Part shown: positions 62,967 to 64,000 of the stretch, piece after piece
How positions within the stretch are numbered: position 1 is the first letter of the stretch
Layout of the letters: the number at the start of each line of letters is the position of its first letter
Origin: the human T2T-CHM13v2.0 reference genome, Homo sapiens
NCBI GenBank assembly: GCA_009914755.4
Contig: CP068257.2
Coordinates: forward strand, 42,272,001 to 42,336,000
Direction of reading: 5' to 3'
Length of the DNA stretch: 64,000 nucleotides
Notes under the pieces: generated by a model
What the model was told of the DNA's origin: nothing
The model's input: only the letters and a program-made list of their open reading frames with translations
Database searches by the model: none
Made by a program: the position numbers and the translations under genes

Positions 62967-63619
62967 AGGGAAATCTCCAGGACTGAAAAGGGAGGTGGGG
63001 CTGAGACTCGGTCCTGGGCCTGGGAGCCAGCAGCACCATGCCCACCTGGTGCTTTCTGCCTGCCCCATCCCCTGAAGTCTCGTGCTGTGATGCCTACATG
63101 GAAACAGAAGATAAAGATTTCCCCTCATTCAAGGCGGGACGTTAGAACCAAAAACCCCACATGATGCTGGGACCCTCTAAGAATTGGACCCTCAGGAAGG
63201 TTAAACTGGAAAAGAAAATTACCTCCCAGCACAGAGAAATGGCCTTGAAACCTGCCTTTCTCCTCTTGGGCTCAAGAAAGTCTTCCTGGGAATTCATAAT
63301 TACAGGCCTGTCCTCCAACAGGCTTGAAGTTTGAATTTATACAAACAACATAGTTCAAGAAGCACACAGCCAAAATGTGTGTGCCAGGACACTCGGGGAC
63401 ATTCCGGAGGCAGGGAGCTGGGTGCTCAGGGGTGGCCAGGACACGATGACACCTGCCTTTGCACGGACACAGTGTGTGGCTGGCAGGGGGCACCCCAACC
63501 CCAGTTTCCAGCAGGAAGCTGAGAACCATGAAGAGATCAAAGAGATCAACTAGAAAAAATATCTTGAAGCCAGTGAGCTCAGTGATAACAGTCTCCAACC
63601 ATCTTTAAAAGAGAGCGGG

Positions 63620-63962
<343 letters not shown>

Positions 63963-64000
63963 CTAGAGTCCCACGGGCTGCCCCGCCCACGGGCAGTGGC

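Overview
This window is primate (almost certainly human) nuclear DNA, not a prokaryotic locus. The + strand carries the first six coding exons of AGPAT3 (1-acylglycerol-3-phosphate O-acyltransferase 3, LPAAT-gamma, chr21q22.3) at 43255-61742. These exons were identified by exact translation to the known N-terminus MGLLAFLKTQFV... and by the acyltransferase motifs NHxxxxD and EGTR. About 43 kb of upstream intronic/5'UTR-region sequence precedes them, and the remaining roughly 95 codons lie beyond position 64000. The rest of the window is interspersed repeats: about 30 Alu copies, many with recognisable target-site duplications; two 5'-truncated L1 ORF2-3' fragments; MaLR/MLT1 LTR copies; and a decayed U6 snRNA pseudogene. 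There is also an unusual density of minisatellites (VNTRs). These include two GT/UG-rich arrays of about 1.3-1.4 kb in AGPAT3 introns, a G-quadruplex-prone GGGTGTTGT-type array, 27-bp and 37-bp VNTRs, a CCAC-rich array, and an approximately 30-bp array whose unit starts GTGAGC and begins exactly at the exon-2 splice donor. All long six-frame ORFs outside the AGPAT3 exons are low-complexity translations of these repeats or chance ORFs in GC-rich DNA. There are no CRISPR arrays, rRNA or tRNA genes, and no defence-system-like gene clusters. The most interesting candidates are a consensus-spliced upstream exon encoding a TM-like micropeptide/uORF, the donor-mimic G-rich repeat array, the UG-rich megasatellite abutting the start-codon exon's acceptor, a twice-hit Alu insertion site with triplicated TSD, and W->S (gBGC-like) CpG gains in old repeats. 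Alu coordinates are approximate (about +/-10 bp).
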